Notes under the pieces: model-generated
What the model saw: only the letters and a program-made list of their open reading frames with translations
What the model was told of the DNA's origin: nothing
The model's database searches: none
Assembly (NCBI GenBank): GCA_030682385.1
Contig: JAUXOG010000075.1
Coordinates: 1,825 to 65,824, forward strand
Source: Bacteroidota bacterium
GTDB taxonomy: Bacteria > Bacteroidota > Ignavibacteria > UBA10030 > BY39
DNA: 64,000 nucleotides
Direction: 5' to 3'
Program-made: the position numbers and the translations under genes
Shown: piece after piece, positions 8,917 to 18,931 of the stretch
Position numbering within the stretch: the first letter of the stretch is position 1
Layout of the letters: every line of letters starts with the position of its first letter

Positions 8917-10305
8917 ATGTCTTTAATCGTAAGCATATCAGGTGTCCGTGGAATTGTGGGCGAGAGTTTAACTCCCGATGTTGCAGTGCTTTACTCAAAA
9001 GCTTTTGCCGAATACTGTCTGCAAAGAACTCCGCAAGGGAAAAGATGCAAAATAGTTCTTGGCAGGGACGGTAGAATTACCGGCAAAATTTTAACCAATA
9101 TCATCTCATCAACTCTGCTCTCTATGGGATGCGATGTGGTTGCAATCGGTATCTGTCCCACGCCAACAGTTGCTCTCGCAGTCGAGAAATCGGATGCGAT
9201 TGGCGGTATTGCCGTTACGGCGAGCCACAATCCTATGCAGTGGAACGGGATGAAGTTTTTTAACAGCATGGGTTTGTTCTTAGATACAAATGAGACTAAA
9301 GACTTTTTAGAAGTCGTAAAAGAACAAAAATTGGGTTATGCCGGCTGGGATAAAATCGGTACACATCAATCCGACGAGGCATGGATACAAAAACATATAG
9401 ATACGGTTTTACAACTCAATTGCATTGATGTTGAAAAAATTAAATCAAGAAAATTTAAAGTAGTATTAGACTGCATTAATAGCGCAGGTGGAGTAATCGT
9501 CCCGCCGCTGCTGAAGATGCTTGGATGTGAAGTCATTGAAATGAATTGCGATGTAAGTGGTGTGTTTGCACATACGCCCGAGCCAATCCCTGAAAACCTT
9601 ACTGCTTTAGCACAAAAAGTTCGAGACGAAAAAGCCAACATTGGAATCGCCGTTGACCCGGATGTTGACCGGCTTGTTTTAATTACAGAAAAGGGTGAGC
9701 CGCTTGGAGAAGAATATACAATTGCTTCAGTTGTGAATTTTGTTTTAAGCAAAGAGCTTAGAGCAGTGAGCAGTGAGCAAAAAGTGAAGAGGGTGGTTGT
9801 GAATTTGTCGACGACGAGAGCGGTGGATGATATTGCAAGAAGTCATAACGCGGAAGTTGTTAGAACTCCTGTTGGTGAAATTAACGTTGCAATGAAAATG
9901 AAGGAAGTCGGTGCTGTTATTGGCGGAGAGGGCAGCGGTGGAGTTATCTATCCCGAAGCACATTATGGCAGAGACGCGATTGTTGGAATCGGTTTGGTAT
10001 TGCAAATGCTTGCCGAGTTTGGCGGGAGCTTGTCGGAGTACAAATCCGCATTGCCGCAGTATTATATAACTAAAAGTAAAATTGAAATCGGTAGTTTGAA
10101 TCCGGACGAATTGTTAAGCCGGATTATTCAGAAATACAGGAACGAAAAAATAAATACTGATGATGGAGTCAAGATCGATTTCGCTGAAGGGTGGGTGCAT
10201 CTGAGGAAATCTAATACAGAGCCGATTGTGAGAATAATTGGAGAAGCGAAGAGCAGGGAGGAAGCTGAAAAGCTGATAGAAAATTTTAAGAGAAAATTCT
10301 TTTAG
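8917..10305 (+). CDS. glmM: Phosphoglucosamine mutase / phosphohexomutase family
   Basis: SISGVRG, TASHNP (phosphoserine loop), DPDVDR (metal-binding), GGEGSGG, LRKSNTEP. Exact substrate (GlmM vs PMM/PGM) is not certain. Confidence 0.8.
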   Translation: MSLIVSISGVRGIVGESLTPDVAVLYSKAFAEYCLQRTPQGKRCKIVLGRDGRITGKILTNIISSTLLSMGCDVVAIGICPTPTVALAVEKSDAIGGIAVTASHNPMQWNGMKFFNSMGLFLDTNETKDFLEVVKEQKLGYAGWDKIGTHQSDEAWIQKHIDTVLQLNCIDVEKIKSRKFKVVLDCINSAGGVIVPPLLKMLGCEVIEMNCDVSGVFAHTPEPIPENLTALAQKVRDEKANIGIAVDPDVDRLVLITEKGEPLGEEYTIASVVNFVLSKELRAVSSEQKVKRVVVNLSTTRAVDDIARSHNAEVVRTPVGEINVAMKMKEVGAVIGGEGSGGVIYPEAHYGRDAIVGIGLVLQMLAEFGGSLSEYKSALPQYYITKSKIEIGSLNPDELLSRIIQKYRNEKINTDDGVKIDFAEGWVHLRKSNTEPIVRIIGEAKSREEAEKLIENFKRKFF

Positions 10306-10310
10306 TATCA

Positions 10311-10366
10311 ATTAGTGCAATTCGTGGCAAATAATACTGCCACTAATAACACGAACGCTCACGAAT
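10311..10366. repeat. ATTAGTG/ATTCGTG-type hairpin repeat at the 3' flank of the GxxExxY gene (no palindromic insert)
   Basis: attagtgcaattcgtggca-aataatac-tgccactaataacacgaacgctcacgaat. Confidence 0.85.
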
Positions 10367-10740
10367 CAGAGAACAATCCTTTTATAAGAAAGTTTTTCTT
10401 TCCCAAAATTTACTATCAGACCAAGTTTACATTTAGAAACGGCGAGATAGTTTATAGTTCGTTTTATAAATTCATCGACAATACCGTCCACGGCTTTAAC
10501 TTCTAAAATTATTTTATCGAACACCACGAAATCTGCATAATATTTATGGGGTAATATGAGATCCTTGTAAAGTATATCATATTCTTTTTCTCTTTGAAAA
10601 GGAATACTTCTCTTTCGAAATTCATATTCAATAGCGTCCTTATAAACAATCTCGAGGAAGCCTCCTCCCAATAAGTTGTGAACATCCATACAAACTCCAA
10701 TTATTTGAAACGCATCATCTTTATATATTAAATCAACCAT
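10366..10740 (-). CDS. GxxExxY protein (PD-(D/E)XK-like)
   Basis: GFLEIVY motif, ADFVVFDKIILEVKA, INYL...LGLIVNFG. ATG at 10740 is preceded by AAGGAAGGAG. Confidence 0.92.
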   Translation of the reverse strand: MVDLIYKDDAFQIIGVCMDVHNLLGGGFLEIVYKDAIEYEFRKRSIPFQREKEYDILYKDLILPHKYYADFVVFDKIILEVKAVDGIVDEFIKRTINYLAVSKCKLGLIVNFGKEKLSYKRIVL

Positions 10741-10765
10741 TTTATACACTCCTTCCTTAGTGCCA

Positions 10766-10812
10766 ATTAGTGTAATTCGTGGCAAATATTTCTGCCACGA
10801 ATATCCACGAAT
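10766..10812. repeat. ATTAGTG/ATTCGTG-type hairpin repeat at the 5' flank of the GxxExxY gene; exact empty target of the 20-bp palindrome
   Basis: attagtgtaa|ttcgtggca-aatatttc-tgccacgaatatccacgaat. Confidence 0.85.
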
Positions 10813-10889
10813 TGGCTCTACAAATATAGATAAATGTTTGTTAAAATCCCATATTTATTCTATATTTAATCCAAAATAAGAGTATTAGA

Positions 10890-11162
10890 ATGGTTTTATC
10901 AAAAGTAATTGGCACAATAGTTTCGACGCAGAAGAACGAACATCTTCAATCGCACAAAATTTTAATCACACAACCAATTGACCTTGAAGGCAAATTAATC
11001 GGCAGGGATGTGCTTGCAATCGATACAGTAGATGCCGGAGTTGGCGACACTGTTTTAGTTAACGTTGAAGGAAGTTCGGCACGGCAAATTTTAAAAGACG
11101 AAAAAATTCCGGTTCATTCAGTTATAGTCGCAGTTGTGGATGGACTTGATGTAGTTGAGTAG
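10890..11162 (+). CDS. EutN/CcmL family microcompartment vertex (pentamer) protein
   Basis: KVIGTIVSTQK...AIDTVDAGVGDTVLV..EGSSAR...IVAVVD. Confidence 0.9.
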   Translation: MVLSKVIGTIVSTQKNEHLQSHKILITQPIDLEGKLIGRDVLAIDTVDAGVGDTVLVNVEGSSARQILKDEKIPVHSVIVAVVDGLDVVE

Positions 11163-11169
11163 CGGAGTA

Positions 11170-12297
11170 ATGGCTACAGTTAATATTAAAGACTTATTAA
11201 TTCTTTCGTGCATTCCGGGAATCGGGCACAATCGCTTACGATCGTTGGTTACTCATTTCAAAAATTCAACAGATGCTTTAAATAGTTCTGCGAGGGAGAT
11301 AATTAATATTGAGGGATTTAATAAAAAATTAGCTGTAACAGTTTCGGCATTTAAAAAAAGTGGAAATTATCATAAAGCCGAACAATACGCAGTTCACCAA
11401 CTTTCAAAAATGAATAAATCGGAAGGTGGTATAATTACATTTTGGGACGATGAATATCCTGATTTGCTGAAAAAGATTTACGACCCGCCATGTTATCTCT
11501 TCATCAAAGGAAATTTTAAGAAGGAGGATAAATATTCAATCGCAATTGTAGGAACCCGGAATCCCTCAACTTACGGAGTTACGATGGCTGAAAAGTTTAC
11601 GCAGGAACTTGCTCGATTAGGAATAACCATCGTCAGTGGTTTAGCCCGCGGTGTTGATTCAGTTGCTCATAGTTCGGCATTGAAAGTCGGAGGGAGAACA
11701 ATCGGAGTGTTAGGTTCGGGAATTGATGTTATATATCCACCTGAAAACAAAAATCTATATTCGCGTATCGCTCAAAACGGTGGAGTGATTTCCGAGTATG
11801 CTATGGGAACAAAACCCGATGCCGGAAATTTTCCAAGAAGAAACCGGATTGTAAGCGGAATGACACTCGGAACTATCATCATCGAAACTGGAATTGACGG
11901 CGGAGCAATGATTACCGCTAATACGGCGCTCGACCAAAACCGTGATGTGTTTGCAATTCCCGGCTTGATTACTGAAGTCAGAGCTTTGGGCTGCAATACT
12001 TTAATCAGAGATGGCAGGGCAAAGTTAATTACAACAGTCGATGATGTTTTATCAGAGTTAAGCGCAAAACTAAAACCGCTTTTACGCGAGGTAACAAAAC
12101 ACGAAAAGAAAATAGATGTTAGTCTTTCATTATTTGAAAAGAAAATTTACGACACTTTAGACGATGAACCAATCCACATAGATTTGCTTGCCGAGAAATC
12201 GGGGATGCCTACCTCGGATGCCCTGGTAAATCTGTTAAGCCTTGAATTTAAAGGACTTGTAAGGCAACTGCCGGGGAAAATGTTTGTGAGATTGTAG
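11170..12297 (+). CDS. dprA: DNA-processing protein DprA
   Basis: IYDPP, IAIVGTR, IVSGLARGVDSVAH, NFPRRNRIVSG, VFAIPG, C-terminal winged helix. ATG at 11170 after GGAG (TTG at 11155 is an alternative). Confidence 0.95.
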   Translation: MATVNIKDLLILSCIPGIGHNRLRSLVTHFKNSTDALNSSAREIINIEGFNKKLAVTVSAFKKSGNYHKAEQYAVHQLSKMNKSEGGIITFWDDEYPDLLKKIYDPPCYLFIKGNFKKEDKYSIAIVGTRNPSTYGVTMAEKFTQELARLGITIVSGLARGVDSVAHSSALKVGGRTIGVLGSGIDVIYPPENKNLYSRIAQNGGVISEYAMGTKPDAGNFPRRNRIVSGMTLGTIIIETGIDGGAMITANTALDQNRDVFAIPGLITEVRALGCNTLIRDGRAKLITTVDDVLSELSAKLKPLLREVTKHEKKIDVSLSLFEKKIYDTLDDEPIHIDLLAEKSGMPTSDALVNLLSLEFKGLVRQLPGKMFVRL

Positions 12298-12391
12298 TTG
12301 CTTATACAATCATCCATCAAACCGCTCTTCTGATATTCCATTCATTTTTAATTTTCCATTTTCCACAAAAAAGGTGTATATTATTTGTGCA

Positions 12392-12976
12392 ATGTTTGCA
12401 ATAGAAAACAAAATAATAGATGAACGCATACCGTATATAAAATTTTTGTGCGATTTGGAAGTTTGTAAAGGCGGTTGCTGCACGTTGAAGGGGGGCAAAG
12501 GCGCCCCGCTGACAGATTCTGAAATTATTGAGATTGAAAATGCTATTCCTGTTGTTAAAAAATATTTAGAGGCGAAAAGTTTACAAGAGATCGAAAATAA
12601 CAACGGCATTGAAGGATTACCCGGCAATTTTACAACAGGTTGTATCGATAACAAAGATTGTGTTTTTGTATATTATGATGGCGATATAGCCAAATGTGCA
12701 TTCGAAAAAGCATACTTCAACAACGAAATCAATTGGCGGAAACCTATATCGTGTCACTTGTTTCCGATTCGTATTTCGGATTTCGGTGGCGAAGTAGTTC
12801 GATTCGAAAAAATTTCCGAATGTAAGCCGGCAATCGTTAATGGAAAGAAAAACGACATGCCGCTGTACAATTTTTTAAGCGAAGCTTTGATACGAAAATA
12901 CAGTGCACGATGGTACAAATTGTTTCGAGAAAATTGTGAGTTACATCTAAAATTAGAAAGTGAGATTCAAACATAA
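12392..12976 (+). CDS. DUF3109 family cysteine-rich protein
   Basis: FLCDLEVCKGGCC..G..GAPL, DCVF, CAFEKAY, KPISCHLFPIR, EALIRKY. Confidence 0.85.
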   Translation: MFAIENKIIDERIPYIKFLCDLEVCKGGCCTLKGGKGAPLTDSEIIEIENAIPVVKKYLEAKSLQEIENNNGIEGLPGNFTTGCIDNKDCVFVYYDGDIAKCAFEKAYFNNEINWRKPISCHLFPIRISDFGGEVVRFEKISECKPAIVNGKKNDMPLYNFLSEALIRKYSARWYKLFRENCELHLKLESEIQT

Positions 12977-14434
12977 ATGTTAAAGTTAAGTCAACATCAG
13001 AAATTAATGATGAAGCTGACACCCCAGCAGGTGCAGTATCTAAAGTTACTTCAGCTTCCATTGCTTTCTTTGGAACAGCGGATAAAAGCGGAGTTAGAAC
13101 AGAATCCATTGTTGGAAGAAGGCGCTGACGATGAGATGGAAAATCTGCAAGAAGAGCCAACCGAAGAACCACCATTAGAAGCATCCGAAGAAGTAGAAGG
13201 AGTTATCCGAACCGAGCCGGAGGAAGACAAGTACACTTTCGAAGACTTTATGAACGATGAACTTAATGGTTACAAAACATATTACGAACCTGCACCGGAC
13301 GAGGATACTAAAGATGAGATGCCGATGCCCGCCGATGTTGCACTTACACAAAAATTGCTTGATCAAATACGGTTGTTAGATTTTACAGATGAAGAAATTT
13401 TAATAGCTGAAGAAATCATCGGTAACATAGATGAAGACGGTTACCTAAGGCGTCCGCTGGAAAATATAATCGAAGATTTGAATTTGAGCAGGGATTTGAA
13501 CATTACAAAAGAACAAGCTGAAAAGGTTTTATTCCAGGTTCAAAGGATCGATCCACCCGGAATTGCCGCCAGAAATTTACAGGAATGTTTGATAGCACAA
13601 CTTGAGGTAAGTGAATTCGATGCTAAGCTGAAAGCATTAGCCGAAAAAATTCTTCGAGAGCATTTCGAACACTTTACTATGAAACATTTCGAAGAATTAT
13701 CGAGGTTATTGGAAATCAATATTGACAAGTTGAAGCAAGTTCTCGAGCTTATTCAAAAACTAAATCCGAAACCGGGCGAGGGATACATTACGCAGCAACA
13801 AAATTATATCGTTCCCGATTTTATTATTGAGCACGACAACGATGATATTATAATAAATTTAAATGATAGGAACGTTCCACCGCTTCGTGTGAATAAAGCT
13901 TATAAGGAAATGATGTCGCGGCGGAAAAAGAATTCGGTTAACGTCGAAACGAAAGATTTTATCCGTAAACGTTTCGAGGCGGCAAAATGGTTTATTGCTT
14001 CAATACACCAACGGCGGGATACGATGATGAAAGTAATGCACGCAATAGTTGATCGTCAGCGGGCATTTTTCGACACCGGTGAAAATTTGAAACCGATGAT
14101 CTATAAAGATATTGCCCAGATGATCGGAATGGATATTTCTACTATCAGCCGCGTTGTGAACAATAAATATGTGCAGAATGAATACGGAGTTTATGAGTTA
14201 CGTTATTTCTTCAGCGACAAGATTTCCACTGCGAGTGGTGAAGATATGGCAAACAAGGAAGTTAAAAAGAAGATAAAGATACTTATCGAATCTGAGTCGC
14301 CCGATAAACCATACAGCGATGATGAAATATCAAAAATTTTGAAAGAAGATGGAATGTTTGTAGCCCGTCGTACTGTTGCCAAATACCGTGAACAGTTGAG
14401 AATACCAATAGCGAGGATGAGACGGAAGATATAA
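12977..14434 (+). CDS. rpoN: RNA polymerase sigma-54 factor
   Basis: N-terminal Q/L-rich region I, STISRV helix-turn-helix, RpoN box ARRTVAKYRE. Confidence 0.97.
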   Translation: MLKLSQHQKLMMKLTPQQVQYLKLLQLPLLSLEQRIKAELEQNPLLEEGADDEMENLQEEPTEEPPLEASEEVEGVIRTEPEEDKYTFEDFMNDELNGYKTYYEPAPDEDTKDEMPMPADVALTQKLLDQIRLLDFTDEEILIAEEIIGNIDEDGYLRRPLENIIEDLNLSRDLNITKEQAEKVLFQVQRIDPPGIAARNLQECLIAQLEVSEFDAKLKALAEKILREHFEHFTMKHFEELSRLLEINIDKLKQVLELIQKLNPKPGEGYITQQQNYIVPDFIIEHDNDDIIINLNDRNVPPLRVNKAYKEMMSRRKKNSVNVETKDFIRKRFEAAKWFIASIHQRRDTMMKVMHAIVDRQRAFFDTGENLKPMIYKDIAQMIGMDISTISRVVNNKYVQNEYGVYELRYFFSDKISTASGEDMANKEVKKKIKILIESESPDKPYSDDEISKILKEDGMFVARRTVAKYREQLRIPIARMRRKI

Positions 14435-14457
14435 TTTTAGATTTTAGAATTGGAAAA

Positions 14458-16578
14458 TCAGCGAATCAATATCATTTTCTTGACCTCTACAAACGAGTCG
14501 GTTTGTAACTTGTAAAAGTAAATTCCACTAGACAAACCGGCGGCATTCCATATAATTTCATAACTACCCATTTTCTTGAATTCATTATCTAGTGTTGCTA
14601 CTTCTTGGCCCAAAATATTGAACACTTTCAATGTCACGTAATTATCAATTGGCAATTGATAATTGATAATTGTCAACGGGTTGAATGGGTTAGGATAATT
14701 TTGATATAATGAAAAATCTGTTGGGTAATGATTGTTGTTCGGGTTTTTAACCGATAATCCGCTCGTGGTGGTGCGTAGTATTGTTCCATCCTTCCCAACA
14801 ATAGTGCCGGTATTCACATCTGTAAAAGAAATTCCAAGAAGTGGATTGTTTACACCGCTAGTTTGTTTTTGCCACGATTGACCGCCGTCAGTAGTTCGTA
14901 AAATTAATCCTTGACTGCCAGTTATAAAGCCTATTAACTCATTAAGATATTGTACAGCAAACAAATCTTCGGTCACAATGCTGGTTTCTGCATACCATAA
15001 ATCGCCTCTGTTTGTTGTTCGTAATATTATTCCTCCGTTACCGACAATTGTTCCAATAATGTTATTTGCAAATGCAATGCTATTTAAATCGTTTGGTGTA
15101 TTACTTTGTTTATTTACCCATTCAATTCCTTTATCTGTTGTGTGAAGAATTATCCCATTTTTTCCCACAGAAAAGCCAATGTTTGATTTTGTGAAAGCAA
15201 TATCATTAAGGTCGAATGTTATATTGCTTTCTTGAGCCGACCAAGTAATACCTTTGTCAGTTGTAGACTTTATTGTTCCGCTTGATCCGACAACGTATCC
15301 GGTATCTTCATTTATAAAGTAAAGCCCGTAATATGTTCTTGCCGTGCCGCTAATTGAGTCGCTGCTTTGAATTGTCCACGACATACCTGAATCTGTTGTC
15401 CGTAGTATTGTCTGGCAATCGCCAACAATTATCCCATAGTTATTTATAAAAAATATTCCATAAAGGTGTCTCCCTATCCAGTTTCGTATCCGCTTCCAGT
15501 TTGAGCCGCCATCTGTAGTGTGAACAATCATTCCATACTCACCTACAGCTATCCCAGTGGCCTGATTGAAAAAGTAAACATCGTAAAGGTTGTTCATGAT
15601 CTGAACGCTTGGATTTGTCCAGTTGATTCCTCCATCTGTCGTATGAACAATTAGTCCGTTTGTACCGACAGCCAGACCATTAGATTTATCTAAAAACTGA
15701 ACTCCATAAAGGTTATAATCTTGATTTATTGAATGATCGCTCCAGTTTAGCCCGCCATCGGTGGTTTGTATTATTGTTCCGTAATTTCCTACTGCAACTG
15801 CAGTTAGCGAGTCAATACTAAATACGTCATTTAGTACGTATGGCGTACCGCAATATTGTGCTGTCCACGTACTACCGCCATCGGTAGTGCGATAAGCGAT
15901 ATTTCCACCAACAGCAAAACCTTTTAGTGAATCTATAAAAGATAAATGATTTAATATAACTGTCGAATCGAAATTAATATTATACCAGTTATTACCCGCG
16001 TCTGTGGATTTCAAAATAAATCCTTCGGGTCCGGCGATGATAACATTATTCTTATTTAAAAATAGAACATCGGTTAAAGAGAAATGGGGTTGTACAATAG
16101 TTTGTGTAGTCCATATTTGCCCGCCATTTGTTGTTCGAAGGATCGTCCCATCCTCTCCGACCACAATACCTGTATCAATACTATTAAAATGAACTCCCAA
16201 TAAATTGCTTGATGTACCACTCAATTGAAATACCCATGTGTAACCGCCGTCGGATGTTTTAATAATTGTCCCATTGTTGCCGACTCCAATTATGTTTAAA
16301 GAGTCAAGAAAAATTATATCATTTAACGTGTGTGAAGTAATACTCGTTAGTGTAGTCCAAGTAACACCACGGTCAAGGGTTCTCAAAATAGTACCACTTT
16401 CTCCAATTGCAAACCCATAATTTGAATGATAAAATGTTAATTCTCGTAATGTATTGTTTTGAAGAGGAGGGGTTTGACTGTACCATCCGGTCTGTGCTGA
16501 ATTATTTATAGAATAAAAGACAATTAAAAATAAAAATACTAAATATTTATTAAGGATTTTAAGCATGTCATTCTCCAT
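14458..16578 (-). CDS. Secreted YCF48/BNR-repeat beta-propeller protein with T9SS-type C-terminal domain
   Basis: Many G.I..T.DGG..W repeats; C-terminal LYQNYPNPFNP...SGIYFYKL...KKMILIR. Confidence 0.88.
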   Translation of the reverse strand: MENDMLKILNKYLVFLFLIVFYSINNSAQTGWYSQTPPLQNNTLRELTFYHSNYGFAIGESGTILRTLDRGVTWTTLTSITSHTLNDIIFLDSLNIIGVGNNGTIIKTSDGGYTWVFQLSGTSSNLLGVHFNSIDTGIVVGEDGTILRTTNGGQIWTTQTIVQPHFSLTDVLFLNKNNVIIAGPEGFILKSTDAGNNWYNINFDSTVILNHLSFIDSLKGFAVGGNIAYRTTDGGSTWTAQYCGTPYVLNDVFSIDSLTAVAVGNYGTIIQTTDGGLNWSDHSINQDYNLYGVQFLDKSNGLAVGTNGLIVHTTDGGINWTNPSVQIMNNLYDVYFFNQATGIAVGEYGMIVHTTDGGSNWKRIRNWIGRHLYGIFFINNYGIIVGDCQTILRTTDSGMSWTIQSSDSISGTARTYYGLYFINEDTGYVVGSSGTIKSTTDKGITWSAQESNITFDLNDIAFTKSNIGFSVGKNGIILHTTDKGIEWVNKQSNTPNDLNSIAFANNIIGTIVGNGGIILRTTNRGDLWYAETSIVTEDLFAVQYLNELIGFITGSQGLILRTTDGGQSWQKQTSGVNNPLLGISFTDVNTGTIVGKDGTILRTTTSGLSVKNPNNNHYPTDFSLYQNYPNPFNPLTIINYQLPIDNYVTLKVFNILGQEVATLDNEFKKMGSYEIIWNAAGLSSGIYFYKLQTDSFVEVKKMILIR

Positions 16579-16796
16579 TAATATAAAAGAAATTGTTCTT
16601 TTGTTGCTTCTATCAGTACAGCTACCAACCTAGGATAATCAACTGATTTGGCATCAACACCATTTTCTTCATAATTAACAACTTCAGATATTGCTTTACC
16701 TACATCTTCGGTAGAATCCTTATTCCAAAAATGGTTATCATCACCGTCTTGGGTAGTAGACCCAGTCCAAAAAGTTATCTGTCCATTTGTAGGCAT
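16578..16796 (-). pseudogene. Internally deleted remnant of a protein with a C-terminal peptidase S74-like intramolecular chaperone domain
   Basis: TEDVGKAISEVVNYEENGVDAKSVDYPRLVAVLIEATKEQ resembles the end of the S74 domain; it is fused directly to a short N-terminal piece. Confidence 0.55.
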
Positions 16797-16930
16797 GTTT
16801 TTATTCCTTCTATCTTAATCAAAGATAAGATTGACTTTGCTGAAAATCAATGTTTTTAAACAAAAAATGAATTTTTCTATTTCCCAAAAATACTGTATCT
16901 TATGTGTGTTAAATATTAAAAGAAAACCTT

Positions 16931-17467
16931 ATGTCAAATATTATTAGATCAACAACAGTAATCGGACTGACTCATAAAGGCAAATGCGTAATGGGCAGCG
17001 ACGGACAGGTAACTGTCGGTAACGCTATCATGAAACACGGCGCTAAGAAAGTCCGCAAGCTTTACAACGACACTGTACTTGCTGGTTTTGCCGGCGCCGC
17101 CGCCGATGCTTTTACTCTCTTCGAACGTTTCGAAGACAAGCTTCAGGAATATCGAGGTAACTTATTACGTGCCGCAGTCGAGCTTACAAAAATGTGGCGC
17201 ACCGATAAATACCTCCGTCACCTCGAAGCACTGCTTACTGTTCTTAATAAAGAGCAAGCGTTAATAATATCAGGGACAGGCGAAATAATAGAACCCGACG
17301 ACGGGATAATTGCAATCGGATCGGGTGGAAGTTACGCGCTTGCTGCCGCTCGTATGCTCGTAAAATACTCCGATCTATCTACGCGTGAAATCGTAGAAGA
17401 ATCCTTAAAAGCTGCGGGCGATATCTGCATCTATACAAATCATAATATTACAATTGAAGAATTATAA
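16931..17467 (+). CDS. hslV: ATP-dependent protease subunit HslV
   Basis: [54 protein letters not shown]. Confidence 0.97.
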   Translation: MSNIIRSTTVIGLTHKGKCVMGSDGQVTVGNAIMKHGAKKVRKLYNDTVLAGFAGAAADAFTLFERFEDKLQEYRGNLLRAAVELTKMWRTDKYLRHLEALLTVLNKEQALIISGTGEIIEPDDGIIAIGSGGSYALAAARMLVKYSDLSTREIVEESLKAAGDICIYTNHNITIEEL

Positions 17468-18849
17468 TGAATAAAAAATCGAAGAAACAAAATCACCGCG
17501 AATTAACTCCACGCGAAATTGTAAAAGAGTTGGATAAATATATCATCGGTCAGGATGCTGCGAAAAAATCTGTAGCTATTGCAATCCGCAACCGGTGGCG
17601 TCGGCTTCAAGCTCCCGAAAACCTTCGTGAAGAAATTATGCCCAACAATATCATTCTGATCGGACCTACGGGTGTGGGTAAAACAGAGATTGCCCGGCGA
17701 CTTGCAAAGCTTGTCGATGCGCCATTCCTGAAAGTTGAAGCTTCCAAATACACAGAGGTCGGTTACGTTGGTAGAGATGTCGAATCGATGGTGCGGGATC
17801 TAACTGAATATTCGGTAAGCATGGTCAAAGCCCAGAAGGCAGCTGAGGTACAGGACAAAGCACGCAAGAACGCGGAGGAGAGGATACTTGATATATTGAT
17901 TCCACTTCGACGGAAGACGACTGGTGAAGCTGCACTAGAAAAACCTGAAGATGCCGAAAATATTTCATTCACCAGAGAACGTTTCAGAGAAAAATTAGCT
18001 AAAGGCGAACTCGATGAAAGGGTCATTGAATTGGATGTAACGACTGATCAAATTCCTGCTATGCAGGTTTTTGGTCCTGTTAATTTGGAAGAGATGGGGG
18101 TTAATATACAGGAAATGTTCGGCAGTATTTTACCGAAAAAAATGAAGAAGCGCAAGTTGACAATTGCCGAAGCAAAGGTAGTTATTGCCCACGAGGAAGC
18201 CCAGAAGTTGATAGATATGGATGCTGTAATTAAAGAAGCGCTGTTACGGGTTCACGACTCAGGAATAATTTTCCTTGATGAAATTGATAAAATTGCCGGC
18301 TCAAGAAGTCAGTCGCACGGGCCCGACGTATCACGTGAAGGTGTTCAGCGCGATTTGCTTCCGATAGTTGAAGGGTCGAACGTGATGACAAAATATGGGA
18401 TGGTGAAAACCGACCACGTTTTGTTTATTGCCTCCGGAGCTTTTCATATGACAAAACCTTCCGATTTAATTCCTGAACTGCAAGGAAGATTTCCAATCAG
18501 AGTTGAGCTAAACAGTTTAACGGAAGACGACTTTGTAAAAATTCTGACGATACCGCAGAATGCACTCATCAAGCAATATATCGCAATGCTGCAAACGGAA
18601 GGTATTGATCTGCAGTTTTCGGATGATAGTATAAAGGAGGTCGCAAAAATAGCGAGGGAAGTTAACGAGCAGGTAGAAAACATCGGCGCGCGGCGTTTGC
18701 ATACAATTTTGACGACTTTGTTAGAGGAGTTGCTCTATAATGCACCCGATAATCTGAGTGAGAATAAAATTGTCGTTACAAAAGAAATGGTTCAGGACAA
18801 ACTTGCAAGTATCGTGAAGAATAGAGATTTGAGCAGATATATCTTGTAA
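17467..18849 (+). CDS. hslU: ATP-dependent protease ATPase subunit HslU
   Basis: [65 protein letters not shown]. Confidence 0.97.
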   Translation: MNKKSKKQNHRELTPREIVKELDKYIIGQDAAKKSVAIAIRNRWRRLQAPENLREEIMPNNIILIGPTGVGKTEIARRLAKLVDAPFLKVEASKYTEVGYVGRDVESMVRDLTEYSVSMVKAQKAAEVQDKARKNAEERILDILIPLRRKTTGEAALEKPEDAENISFTRERFREKLAKGELDERVIELDVTTDQIPAMQVFGPVNLEEMGVNIQEMFGSILPKKMKKRKLTIAEAKVVIAHEEAQKLIDMDAVIKEALLRVHDSGIIFLDEIDKIAGSRSQSHGPDVSREGVQRDLLPIVEGSNVMTKYGMVKTDHVLFIASGAFHMTKPSDLIPELQGRFPIRVELNSLTEDDFVKILTIPQNALIKQYIAMLQTEGIDLQFSDDSIKEVAKIAREVNEQVENIGARRLHTILTTLLEELLYNAPDNLSENKIVVTKEMVQDKLASIVKNRDLSRYIL

Positions 18850-18931
18850 AATTAAAAATCAAACTCATTAATGAAAGCAATCCAAATTTCTTTATGCATA
18901 TATTGATAAGCTGTGAGAATACAGTATAACA

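Noticed and set aside
6891-10812. ATTAGTG/CACGAAT repeats as a CRISPR array
   Set aside because: Units are 9-10 nt, degenerate and dispersed, with no regular unique spacers and no cas genes.
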